This document shows positions 1 through 8,731 of a stretch of 64,000 bases of DNA, one piece after another. The notes below the pieces were generated by a model. That model was not told the origin of the DNA and searched no databases. It worked only from the letters and a program-made list of their open reading frames with translations. The position numbers and the translations under genes were made by a program. The DNA comes from a bacterium (GTDB taxonomy: Bacteria; Bdellovibrionota; Bdellovibrionia; Bdellovibrionales; Bdellovibrionaceae), in NCBI GenBank assembly GCA_019752925.1, contig JAIELP010000008.1:101223-165222 (forward strand), read 5' to 3'. Each line of letters starts with the position of its first letter. Position 1 is the stretch's first letter.

Positions 1-177
1 TGCCTGAACGTTAGCTAAAGACTTCTGCATCGCAGGAGCTGTAGATTCAGTTGCAGTAAAATAAGATTCCATGGCCTTAAAACCCTGTTCGCTTTTAAAC
101 TGAACAAGATAACGATCCTTAGCCTGAGCAAAACTAGCTAGCAAAAGTACTGATGCTATTAAAGATGCTAATTTCAT
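1..177 (-). CDS. 5' part (runs off window) of a secreted protein, probably an S8/subtilisin-type protease prodomain
   Basis: Hand translation MKLASLIASVLLLASFAQAKDRYLVQFKSEQGFKAMESYFTATESTAPAMQKSLANVQA: signal peptide followed by a YLVQFK strand typical of I9-like prodomains; purine-rich SD (GAGGG) upstream. Product is inferred. Confidence 0.55.
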   Translation of the reverse strand, partial: MKLASLIASVLLLASFAQAKDRYLVQFKSEQGFKAMESYFTATESTAPAMQKSLANVQA

Positions 178-497
178 ATTCCCTCTTTCCGTAGGTAATT
201 ATTTATTTTTTCGTAGACGTATTTGTCTGACGCAAAGGATTCAAACCCAAAATGGAACCTAAATCAAAATTATTTTTGTAATGAAATTTCAAGAGCTTAC
301 GAAAAACGGTAAAAGTGAAATTGTCTGTCAAAGGATGGAGGTTCCAAAATGGGTCCAGATCGAAAATATTGGCTACTCACATCGTCAAATAATGAAGATT
401 TGGGTGCAATATAAGAGTTACTTATAAGAAAAACTAATTTCTGTGCAAAAAAATTGTTAAAATATGACGCGACGCGAATCGTTCCTGTAGCTTCTGG

Positions 498-995
498 CTA
501 CTTAAAATCACGAGCCATCACCGTTTTACGGCCATCAGCCTTGGCTTTAGTTATCGCCTTTTCGCACTCTGTTCGTATGATTTCAGAAATAATCTGATTA
601 ACATCTTCAGATGTATTCATCTCACTGATGTCACGTATATATTGCTTCATCTTTGAGACAACCACTAACACTTCGTTACTCATCGGTGATTTTTTAACTG
701 CAGCAGAAGACGTAGATATTGAAGAAGCTGCCTGCTGATTCACGATAATTCTCTTAGGAGCAGATACCTCTGTAATATCTGAAGCCGGAGTTTGAGGGGA
801 TTTTTTCTCTACAGCGCCAGCATCGCGATGGCGAGCACCGGGCAAGTGCACTTCCCAACAGCTCACACTACAAAACACATAACCAGTGCGCAGACCTGTG
901 CAAGTTGAAACACTGCACTCATAGTATTTAGAGCTAAGACCAATTTCTTTTTTGCAAGTGCTGCATTTACGCCAGAAGCTTTGAGTTGTATTCAT
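498..995 (-). CDS. Bacterial histone-fold protein with N-terminal Cys/His zinc-binding domain (Bd3044/ZZ-histone-like)
   Basis: C-terminal ~58 aa EVLVVVSKMKQYI...MNTS...AKADGRKTVMARDF closely resembles Bdellovibrio histone Bd0055 as I recall it; N-terminus has CSTC, CSVSTC, CSVSCWEVH and a further His; Ser/Ala-rich linker between them. Confidence 0.85.
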   Translation of the reverse strand: MNTTQSFWRKCSTCKKEIGLSSKYYECSVSTCTGLRTGYVFCSVSCWEVHLPGARHRDAGAVEKKSPQTPASDITEVSAPKRIIVNQQAASSISTSSAAVKKSPMSNEVLVVVSKMKQYIRDISEMNTSEDVNQIISEIIRTECEKAITKAKADGRKTVMARDFK

Positions 996-1004
996 ATATT
1001 AAGG

Positions 1005-1829
1005 TTAGAATAACAATTCAGGATTTTCAAAATAATTCAAAAAAAGTCTATTCATAGCGGCGGCATGAACTCCATCCATAAACCTATGGTCAAAGGTACA
1101 GCCAATTCGAAGTATCGGACGAGGTTCAACTTTTCCATTCACAACCCAAGCACGCGACTTAACACTTCCTACTGTTAATAACAGTGGTACCCGAGTGTAA
1201 GGCACTAACGGGGCCCATGCCGTATCTACACCCATTCCACCTACATTTGTAATCATCACTGAACCGAATGGATCTTTTGGCATACCCAAAAAACGGAGCG
1301 GTAAGTTTAAATCATAATTGAGGAACGAAGTGCAATTAAGAACATGTCTCATTAATTGCCAGGGCACGAACGAAAGTGTTTTCACACTTTTGGTCATTTC
1401 ATTTTCGTGACCAGCTTTAATTTTAGAAGCTTTGTCTTTTAATTCACGTGCAATCTCAAAAACTGACTTGTTTTCGGCATTTTGAATCGTAAGACCTAGC
1501 AAATTGGCTTTACCAATCGGATCATTTTCACCGCCTGGAACATTCACTTGATAAAACAAATTGACTGAGTCACGTAGGTAAATGCGACCCACTTTCACCA
1601 TTCCATTCATTTCTGGTCTTTGTTTTAAAACAAGAGCCGTTGCTTTTCCCACTAATTCGCTAATGCCTATTTTAATTTCTAAATTTTGATTTACTTTATC
1701 TAAGTAAGCCAACGCATTGGTCATATCAATTTCTAAAAGGCCATACACGCTGGGGTCGCCAGCAGTTTTCCAGCTACCCATGGCAATTTTTCTAAAAACA
1801 GCTCCGCCTTTAGATTTCGTCAGTTTCAT
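1005..1829 (-). CDS. Stand-alone 2-oxoacid dehydrogenase E2-type acyltransferase catalytic domain (no lipoyl domain)
   Basis: C-terminal TFDHRFMDG (HRxxDG catalytic motif) and ITNVGG; no lipoyl or E3-binding domain. ATG 1829 chosen over TTG 1850. Confidence 0.85.
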   Translation of the reverse strand: MKLTKSKGGAVFRKIAMGSWKTAGDPSVYGLLEIDMTNALAYLDKVNQNLEIKIGISELVGKATALVLKQRPEMNGMVKVGRIYLRDSVNLFYQVNVPGGENDPIGKANLLGLTIQNAENKSVFEIARELKDKASKIKAGHENEMTKSVKTLSFVPWQLMRHVLNCTSFLNYDLNLPLRFLGMPKDPFGSVMITNVGGMGVDTAWAPLVPYTRVPLLLTVGSVKSRAWVVNGKVEPRPILRIGCTFDHRFMDGVHAAAMNRLFLNYFENPELLF

Positions 1830-2871
1830 CGAAATCTTCGTCCTCTTCAAAATCGTAACGGGCTTCTGCTAATTCGATCTGCGATTGGATGAATTTTTTA
1901 AAACTAATATCAGCCGCAAGTAACTGCTGCGGCATAAATGAAGGCTTAGATAATCCGGGCAAAGTATTAGTTTCCAGGAAGTATGGGCCATCTTCTGTTA
2001 AAATCATATCCGTCCGAGAATAACCATAGCAGCCAAAAGCACTGTGAGCTTCTAACGCCAACTCCTGCGCCTGTTTTAACTCATACTCGCTTAGCTTTGC
2101 AGGAGTTACTTCTTTAGAACCGGCGCCCAAGTATTTACCTTCGTAGTCAAAAGCTCGGCCTTCATTAATAATAACTTCCGAAGCTGGAAGCGAAATCAAC
2201 TCACTTCCCTCTTGAATTACTCCCACTGTTAACTCTCGACCTTTAATAAAATTTTCGGCCAAGTAATTTTCAAACTGAGATGTTTTAATTTTCAATAAAG
2301 CTTTTTCGAGTTCATCTTTGGTATTAACAATATAAAGACCAAAACTTGAACCACTGGCTGTGGGCTTTAAAACCATTTTTTTATGCTGAGCTAAAAAAGC
2401 TTCAAGTTTGGATTTTACTGAGTCGACCTGTTTATTTTTAAATTTAATCTCTTCAGGCATTTTAATATCGGTACCTGCAATAATTTCCTTAGCCTTATTT
2501 TTTTCAAAGGCTAAGTGGCTGGCTTCAGAGCCCGAGCCCGTAAATGCAATTCCATGATCTTCAAATAAAGACTGAATAGCCCCATTTTCGCCTTGCGAAC
2601 CATGCAGCCCAAGGAAAATGACTTTGTCCTGAAACTTTTCAATAGCTTCTTCTAGATTGGCGGCAAAAGCTTTCGACTGAGGTTTAAACTCTTTTGTAAA
2701 TACATCTTGATGGGCAAATAATTCGTCCAAAGAAATCTTATAAAGATTTTCGTGAAAATCCTGATAAACAAGCTCATCAAAATTGTATTGCGCAGCCAGA
2801 TTCTGAGCCGAAGCCACAGAAACCAGACGCTCTTCTGAATTACCGCCGAATAGCAAAACTACATTTGACAT
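1810..2871 (-). CDS. ddl: D-alanine--D-alanine ligase
   Basis: GGNSEERLVS, LHGSQGENG, KPTASGSS, FDYEGKY and ETNTLPG ATP-grasp Ddl motifs. Confidence 0.92.
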   Translation of the reverse strand: MSNVVLLFGGNSEERLVSVASAQNLAAQYNFDELVYQDFHENLYKISLDELFAHQDVFTKEFKPQSKAFAANLEEAIEKFQDKVIFLGLHGSQGENGAIQSLFEDHGIAFTGSGSEASHLAFEKNKAKEIIAGTDIKMPEEIKFKNKQVDSVKSKLEAFLAQHKKMVLKPTASGSSFGLYIVNTKDELEKALLKIKTSQFENYLAENFIKGRELTVGVIQEGSELISLPASEVIINEGRAFDYEGKYLGAGSKEVTPAKLSEYELKQAQELALEAHSAFGCYGYSRTDMILTEDGPYFLETNTLPGLSKPSFMPQQLLAADISFKKFIQSQIELAEARYDFEEDEDFDETDEI

Positions 2872-2875
2872 ATAA

Positions 2876-4870
2876 TTACCAAATTTTAACGCGTTCTGAA
2901 TCTGGTAAAGTCATTTTATCGCCAGCTTTACAATTAAAGGCTTCAGCGAATGCTTTTTGATGTTTAACCTGTTCGTTGATGCGCGCCCAGCCTAATGCGT
3001 GAGGATCTGTTTTTAGTTGAGCTTCTTCAGCTTTGGGGCGAGCTACCGTACACCATAAACGACCGTACGCAATGAATAATTTTTTCTGGTCTTCGACTTT
3101 GGCTTTACCGTCTGGGAATGCGGCTTGATATGCAAATGTTAAACCTACTAAGTCACCAATGTTTTCACCTAAAGTTAAGGTGCCATTATGGCCAGCCTTA
3201 TTAAACTGATCAATCATTTTACGGCCACGCTCTGAAAACTCTTTTAAGTCTTTCATGCTCATCCATTGCTGTAACCTACCTGCTTCATCATAACGTGAAC
3301 CTTGATCGTCGATACCATGACCTAATTCGTGACCAATGACTGCACCTACCGCACCTAGGTTTTCAATAATATCACCTTCAGCATTAAAGAATGGGTATTG
3401 TAAAATACCCATTGGCATTACGAACTTATTAGCAGATGGATCATAATAAGCATTAACAGTTAATGGTCCCATTCCCCACGCTACAAGATTTGCACCTTCT
3501 TTAAAGCTTTTGATTGTTTTAGCCAATGCCGCCTGATTGTAAATTTCGCTATTACGGAATCTGTCAGTAGAGGAATATTTTTGAACCGGAATAAAATCCC
3601 ACTCTTTTGCATTTTCAGGTTTAACTAAATAGAGTTTTGCTTTTTCCATTTTAAGGATGGCTTTAGCTTTAGTTTCGGGTTCTAACCAAGTATTGTTTTT
3701 AACTCCACGGATAATGCTTTCGCGTATTTTTTGAGCCACTAATTTAAACTTAGCTGTAGGAAAATCAGGAAATAATTTTTTAATAAGCAATTGGTCTAAC
3801 TCTTTAGGGAAGGTGTACATCACTTTGCGGGTACAACGCTCATGACGTTCTGATCTGGTTAAAGAACCACCTAAATATTTATTGTTGAATGCAAATTGTT
3901 TATTAAAATACTCAGGGTTGCTGTCATCAATAACTCCGCTACCAAAACTGTAAATATAAAAATCTTTAAGCACCTGAAGATTCTCAGCAGTTAAAGACTT
4001 ATTATAAAACTCCAACGCTTCCGGCACAGGGTTTTGCACTAAAATACTTTTTGGAGCTTTTGCTACTAACGCCGCAACATCGATATTAGGATACTTAGCC
4101 AAAAAATCAGCTTGTTTTTCCTGTCGCTTCTCAGACCATCTTTGTCTTCTTACTTCGGGATATGGGTAGGCTTTAACAAAACTTTTTTCAAACGCAATAA
4201 GCTTATCGGCTTTTTCATTTAACTGAGAATGTGTTAATTCCGGCTGAGCAATTTTAAAGAAGTCGATGATTAATTTTTTATAATCTAGCATTAACTCTTT
4301 ATTTTCGTAATAAGTATGCTCAGGTAGGTTCATTAATTCCGTCATGATATAGATATCGTTAATTTTCGGATTGTCCTGATTCGAACCACCATCAAAACTT
4401 AAAAAACTCGGACGTCCCGCTTTAATCTGAGCGATTTGAAATTTAGCAAATTCCTGAGGAGTCTTGATAGACGAAACTTCATCTACAATTCTTTTTAAAG
4501 CTTTTTTTTCATTTTCAGCGCCGGCTTTGTCGTTCATGCAAGCCATGTAGCTGTCTTTAATTTGCAAAGAACGTGAATCAAGCTTTTTCTGCTCACCTAT
4601 TTTAGCAAAAAAGTTTTTCTTGGCTTCTAAAATTCTTTCTGATGAGTCACTGAATGAAAATGTGTGGCGGCTTCGGTCGTCTCTTAATTTAAATGATTTT
4701 TCAACTTCGTCACAAACGTATTTATGGAAGTTTTCACAAGGGTTTACTTTTGAACTTAATGGAAACTCACGTTTAGCGGGAATTTCAGAACTTGGCTGAG
4801 GTGTATCCGCAGCAAAGGCTCCGACAGATGTTAATAAAACAGCAAATAACAAAACTGAAAACTTATTCAT
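2876..4870 (-). CDS. Secreted M13 family (neprilysin/PepO-like) zinc metallopeptidase
   Basis: Signal peptide; PCENFHKYVC, VNAYY, HELGH (HExxH), GENIGD and DPH motifs. Confidence 0.93.
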   Translation of the reverse strand: MNKFSVLLFAVLLTSVGAFAADTPQPSSEIPAKREFPLSSKVNPCENFHKYVCDEVEKSFKLRDDRSRHTFSFSDSSERILEAKKNFFAKIGEQKKLDSRSLQIKDSYMACMNDKAGAENEKKALKRIVDEVSSIKTPQEFAKFQIAQIKAGRPSFLSFDGGSNQDNPKINDIYIMTELMNLPEHTYYENKELMLDYKKLIIDFFKIAQPELTHSQLNEKADKLIAFEKSFVKAYPYPEVRRQRWSEKRQEKQADFLAKYPNIDVAALVAKAPKSILVQNPVPEALEFYNKSLTAENLQVLKDFYIYSFGSGVIDDSNPEYFNKQFAFNNKYLGGSLTRSERHERCTRKVMYTFPKELDQLLIKKLFPDFPTAKFKLVAQKIRESIIRGVKNNTWLEPETKAKAILKMEKAKLYLVKPENAKEWDFIPVQKYSSTDRFRNSEIYNQAALAKTIKSFKEGANLVAWGMGPLTVNAYYDPSANKFVMPMGILQYPFFNAEGDIIENLGAVGAVIGHELGHGIDDQGSRYDEAGRLQQWMSMKDLKEFSERGRKMIDQFNKAGHNGTLTLGENIGDLVGLTFAYQAAFPDGKAKVEDQKKLFIAYGRLWCTVARPKAEEAQLKTDPHALGWARINEQVKHQKAFAEAFNCKAGDKMTLPDSERVKIW

Positions 4871-5024
4871 AAATCCTCTTGAGGTTGATAATTAGAATTG
4901 CAGGATTTAATGATCGTCTAAATATTGGTTATAAACAAAGTAGTTTTTTCAAAAAAATTACATTTTTTGCCTACCATTACGCATTAAATTGCTCATTAAC
5001 CCTGTTTTGCTATATAAGTAGGCT

Positions 5025-5753
5025 ATGAAAATAGTCATACCAGCTCTTTTATTAGTATCTTCTATTGCTCTGGCAGAAATCGACTACGATGCCCGCTACT
5101 CTTACGGTCAGCCAGTGGCATGTGGAAATAAGGGAGTCTCTGTAAGACCTTTTCAGCCACCTTTGATTGATGTTCCTTCCGGCGAGCGCGGCGCTGTGCA
5201 AGCGCTTGGAATCAGAAAATACTCAGCTTATTTAAACGAACAAACCTCTATGTTGCAGATCAATATCGGCATGTCGATGAGTTCTTGCGTGAAAGATCCA
5301 GAAACAGGCAACGAATACTTTTTCAGCGAAGAAGCCGACCCGCAAGACTATTTATTGTTGATGGCCTATCATAGCATTTTTTCTGATGCACGATTCAGAC
5401 AAAGCTTTACGCAAATGAATCACGTTAATATGGATACAGGAGCTGTTAGATCTATTTCAACGGCTGTTATGAATATTCCTTTGCACGAATTTCTAGGCAA
5501 AAAAATAATGAGAAAATTTGAACAAGGCGAGAGTGTTACTGTGAAAATGTCGGCTCATTATGCTTTCAAAAATTTTGAATCACCTAAACGCGCCTATTTT
5601 CCGTATTTCAGCCCTACAACAGCCCGCATGTTAGGAAACCCGGTCAAGCCTTATGAAGAAGACCTAAAAGGAGCTTACCTTTACGGAGCCAGTCACGGTC
5701 TCAGTATAACAATTAAAAAAGATGCTGGCGTTATTGAATTCAAACGCAATTAA
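5025..5753 (+). CDS. Hypothetical secreted protein
   Basis: 242-aa ORF with signal peptide and two Cys; no recognised motif. Confidence 0.7.
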   Translation: MKIVIPALLLVSSIALAEIDYDARYSYGQPVACGNKGVSVRPFQPPLIDVPSGERGAVQALGIRKYSAYLNEQTSMLQINIGMSMSSCVKDPETGNEYFFSEEADPQDYLLLMAYHSIFSDARFRQSFTQMNHVNMDTGAVRSISTAVMNIPLHEFLGKKIMRKFEQGESVTVKMSAHYAFKNFESPKRAYFPYFSPTTARMLGNPVKPYEEDLKGAYLYGASHGLSITIKKDAGVIEFKRN

Positions 5754-6184
5754 TTAAGATTTTTCTGAAATTTTTTACCAAGAAAAAGTTGTTCATTTTT
5801 AGATAAAACAATAGCCGCTTGTTTTAACAAAGCCACTTTTTCTTGTGAGTTATTCTGAATCAGACGCATCAGAGTTTTAAGTTTTGCAATAACTTGAGCG
5901 TCCCATTTGTTTTTGTAATCAAGCTCTTCCAGATCGAAAATCAGAATCTGTGCTATTGCATGGCCTTCTATTACATCGAAGGCCAGTTCCTGACAAATAT
6001 CGCTTTGCTGCAGAACACCGAGTAAGCTCTTTTCTTCAGCCTTCATACATGCAATCAACATATCAACAAAGAAAATCATCTGCTCCTGTTTATGTAGGGG
6101 ATCGACATTGGGGTTTTGTAATAATGCTATACTCCTACTAAGTAAAAGATGCTGCTTTTTAATGAGAGCAATGACTGTTTTCAT
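5750..6184 (-). CDS. Degenerate hemerythrin-like four-helix protein
   Basis: Helical pattern with QH, (C)MKAEE and EGH at hemerythrin-like spacing; several metal ligands replaced. Start set at ATG 6184. Confidence 0.5.
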   Translation of the reverse strand: MKTVIALIKKQHLLLSRSIALLQNPNVDPLHKQEQMIFFVDMLIACMKAEEKSLLGVLQQSDICQELAFDVIEGHAIAQILIFDLEELDYKNKWDAQVIAKLKTLMRLIQNNSQEKVALLKQAAIVLSKNEQLFLGKKFQKNLN

Positions 6185-6241
6185 TTTATAAAATAAAAGC
6201 GCGTTTCCGCGCATTTATTCCTGGAAATATCAGTCACAAAT

Positions 6242-6784
6242 TTAGAACCAATATTTAATGGCGGCATTTACGGCCAAAGCATCTGGCTCAACGCCATCTA
6301 TAAAAAGGTATTTTGCATTAGCCCCTAGAGTCCACATTCCTTCGTCGGTAACAGGAATATCAAATCCTACAATCGGACCTCCAGCAAAATAGCTGTTGTC
6401 GTCACGGATAACACTACCAAGACCAACTCCAGCGTAACTATTACGAATAATAGTAGTTGAACCACCGAAATTGTAATTACCTTTTGCCAAAACTGCTGTT
6501 CTTGATGATTTGCCTCCTGTTGTATCAGGAGCATCCGACCAAGTAGCTTCTAAACCTAAGCCAAAAGGAATATAAGGCTGATATCCAATATCAACACCAT
6601 ACTCACCAGTATTGCCGTCACTATTATTAGTGTTAACAACACCACCCATCAAACCTATATGAGGTTGGCTTTCTGCGCGCGTATAAATTGGACGTGCATC
6701 GGGAAAAGTTTTCGATTGCTGAGCATTGACTTCAAATGCCAGAAGTAAAGTAACCGCTACGTATAAAAATTTTTTTTTCTTCAT
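6242..6784 (-). CDS. Outer-membrane beta-barrel protein (small, OmpA/OmpW-like barrel)
   Basis: Signal peptide, alternating beta strands, C-terminal KYWF aromatic BAM signal. Confidence 0.8.
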   Translation of the reverse strand: MKKKKFLYVAVTLLLAFEVNAQQSKTFPDARPIYTRAESQPHIGLMGGVVNTNNSDGNTGEYGVDIGYQPYIPFGLGLEATWSDAPDTTGGKSSRTAVLAKGNYNFGGSTTIIRNSYAGVGLGSVIRDDNSYFAGGPIVGFDIPVTDEGMWTLGANAKYLFIDGVEPDALAVNAAIKYWF

Positions 6785-6826
6785 TGCTGAAAATCCTTTC
6801 TGATTGATTTACATAAGCAGCAATAA

Positions 6827-6842
6827 AGCATGAATGGTGCCA
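6827..6842 (-). promoter_or_regulatory. Sigma54-like -24/-12 promoter for the OMP gene
   Basis: Minus strand TGGCACCATTCATGCT = GG-N10-GC, ~43 nt upstream of ATG 6784. Confidence 0.6.
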
Positions 6843-6963
6843 GCGCTTGACTTGAGTATTTTCGAAATGGTCTCAGGTATTTTCAAAAAAAGCGGCAAAA
6901 TCCCCCACTTCAGATTTAATACCCCATTTAAATTGAATTTGTCTGTGTCATTTTTGTTTGGAT

Positions 6964-8535
6964 TTAGTCTAAGCTCCGTTTAAGCTCTTCAAGTATTTCG
7001 GTACCAAATTTTTCAACTTTTGCTTCACCGATTCCATAGATGTTCTGAAGTTCTTCGATGTTTTGTGGATTAACCTGAGCCAACTCACGCAATGTTTTAT
7101 CACCAAAAATAACAAATGCTGGAACATCTAACTCGTTAGCCTTTTCTTTTCGCCAATTTTTAAGGTTTCGGAATACAATTTGTTGCTGAGGACTCATTTC
7201 TTCGCCAACAACAAATTTATATTTTTTCTGATTTTTAGTCAGCTTGAGTGGAGCGGCTACTTTTTGCGGAATCACTTCTAATATTTTGCGGTCAGAGTTA
7301 GGTAAGCAACTATCACAGTGACCGCATTTTTTTAAGCGCTGCGCATCTTTGTAATAAGTTAAAATTTCAGCGTGACGGCACTCGCCACCCTCTGAATAAC
7401 TCACCAAAGCTTCTAAATTGCGCCATTTTAAATCCTTAATAGTTTTGTCTGCCTGTGAGTTTTGAATAAAGAAAGACTGCAGACCCTTATCTTTTTTAGA
7501 GTACAGCATGAGGCATGTTGAAGGATCACCGTCACGTCCAGCACGACCCATTTCCTGATAAAGTGAGTCTATATTGGCCGGCATTTGATAATGCACTACA
7601 AGTCTTACATCAGCTTGATCTATCCCCATGCCAAAAGCATTTGTTGCCACTAATATTCGGAGATCTCCGTTGATATAGGCGTCCTGAATACGGCTGCGCT
7701 CTTTGGCTCCTAGGCCGGCATGATAGTAATCTACTTTTTCAAATTTTTCCTGAAGCATGGCTGAAGTTTCTTCGGCCACTTTACGGGTACCGCAATACAC
7801 AAGTACACGTCCTGTCGGGAATTGTTTTATAGCTTGCAGCAACCATGCATCTTTAACATCATCGTCTTCACAATTTTCAACCTGATAATACAAATTAGGA
7901 CGGTAAAAACCGTGAACCAGTCTTTCCGGCTTAACAAGTTTTAAATTTTTAGCTACGTCATCCAACACAGTAGGGGTTGCAGAGGCAGTTAAAGCTAAAA
8001 TCGGAACGTCCGGTCTCAATTTTTTTAATATTTTTAGCTCTGAATACTCCGCACGAAAATCGTGTCCCCATTGCGATACGCAGTGAGCTTCATCTACAGC
8101 AAATAAAGCAATTTCTCTTTGAAGTATCCACTTTTGAAAACCTTCTTTTTGAACCCTCTCCGGAGATAAATATAAAATAAACGCTCCACCTAAATTAATT
8201 TTTGCAAAGACTAATCGCTTTTGTTCTTCAGTTTGGCCGGAATATAAGGCGCCCGCTGGTATGCCTTTTTTTTCTAAAGAATTAACCTGATCTTTCATTA
8301 AAGCAATTAAGGGAGAAATAACAATGACTAGTTTATTTAAACTAACTGCTGGAAACTGATAGCAAAGTGATTTACCGCCACCTGTTGGCAAAACCGCTAA
8401 TGTATCTTTTTTAGCAAGAACCGCATTGATGATGTCCTGCTGACCAAGCCTGAAATTATCTAAGTTAAATGACTTTTTAAGTTGCGTCTGTAAATTCAAA
8501 TAAACCTTCTTTGGGTATTGTTTAACCCAAAACAA
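6964..8535 (-). CDS. recQ: RecQ-family ATP-dependent DNA helicase with C-terminal HRDC domain
   Basis: PTGGGKS, DEAHC, LTASAT, YHAG, QEMGRAGRDG, Zn-binding Cys, HRDC (VPAFVIFGDKTL). Start may be TTG 8499. Confidence 0.93.
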   Translation of the reverse strand: MFWVKQYPKKVYLNLQTQLKKSFNLDNFRLGQQDIINAVLAKKDTLAVLPTGGGKSLCYQFPAVSLNKLVIVISPLIALMKDQVNSLEKKGIPAGALYSGQTEEQKRLVFAKINLGGAFILYLSPERVQKEGFQKWILQREIALFAVDEAHCVSQWGHDFRAEYSELKILKKLRPDVPILALTASATPTVLDDVAKNLKLVKPERLVHGFYRPNLYYQVENCEDDDVKDAWLLQAIKQFPTGRVLVYCGTRKVAEETSAMLQEKFEKVDYYHAGLGAKERSRIQDAYINGDLRILVATNAFGMGIDQADVRLVVHYQMPANIDSLYQEMGRAGRDGDPSTCLMLYSKKDKGLQSFFIQNSQADKTIKDLKWRNLEALVSYSEGGECRHAEILTYYKDAQRLKKCGHCDSCLPNSDRKILEVIPQKVAAPLKLTKNQKKYKFVVGEEMSPQQQIVFRNLKNWRKEKANELDVPAFVIFGDKTLRELAQVNPQNIEELQNIYGIGEAKVEKFGTEILEELKRSLD

Positions 8536-8731
8536 GCACTTAAGCTAGATTCGTTCCGAGCCTGCCCTGACATCCAGCGTTTTGAACAACGTTATCCGGA
8601 TTTGTGGTCAACTTTGTCTTAAAAGGTCTAGTTATTCGGATAGAAACTTTATGAGTCATGAAAATACTAAGATAATGAACATAAATCGCCTTTATTTTGA
8701 ATATCCAATTTAAAAATACACAGGAGTGTAA

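Noticed and set aside
223-250. GACGCAAAG resembling part of a c-di-GMP-I riboswitch
   Set aside because: Wrong strand for the downstream gene, and the preceding GGCAAAC/GNRA stem is missing.
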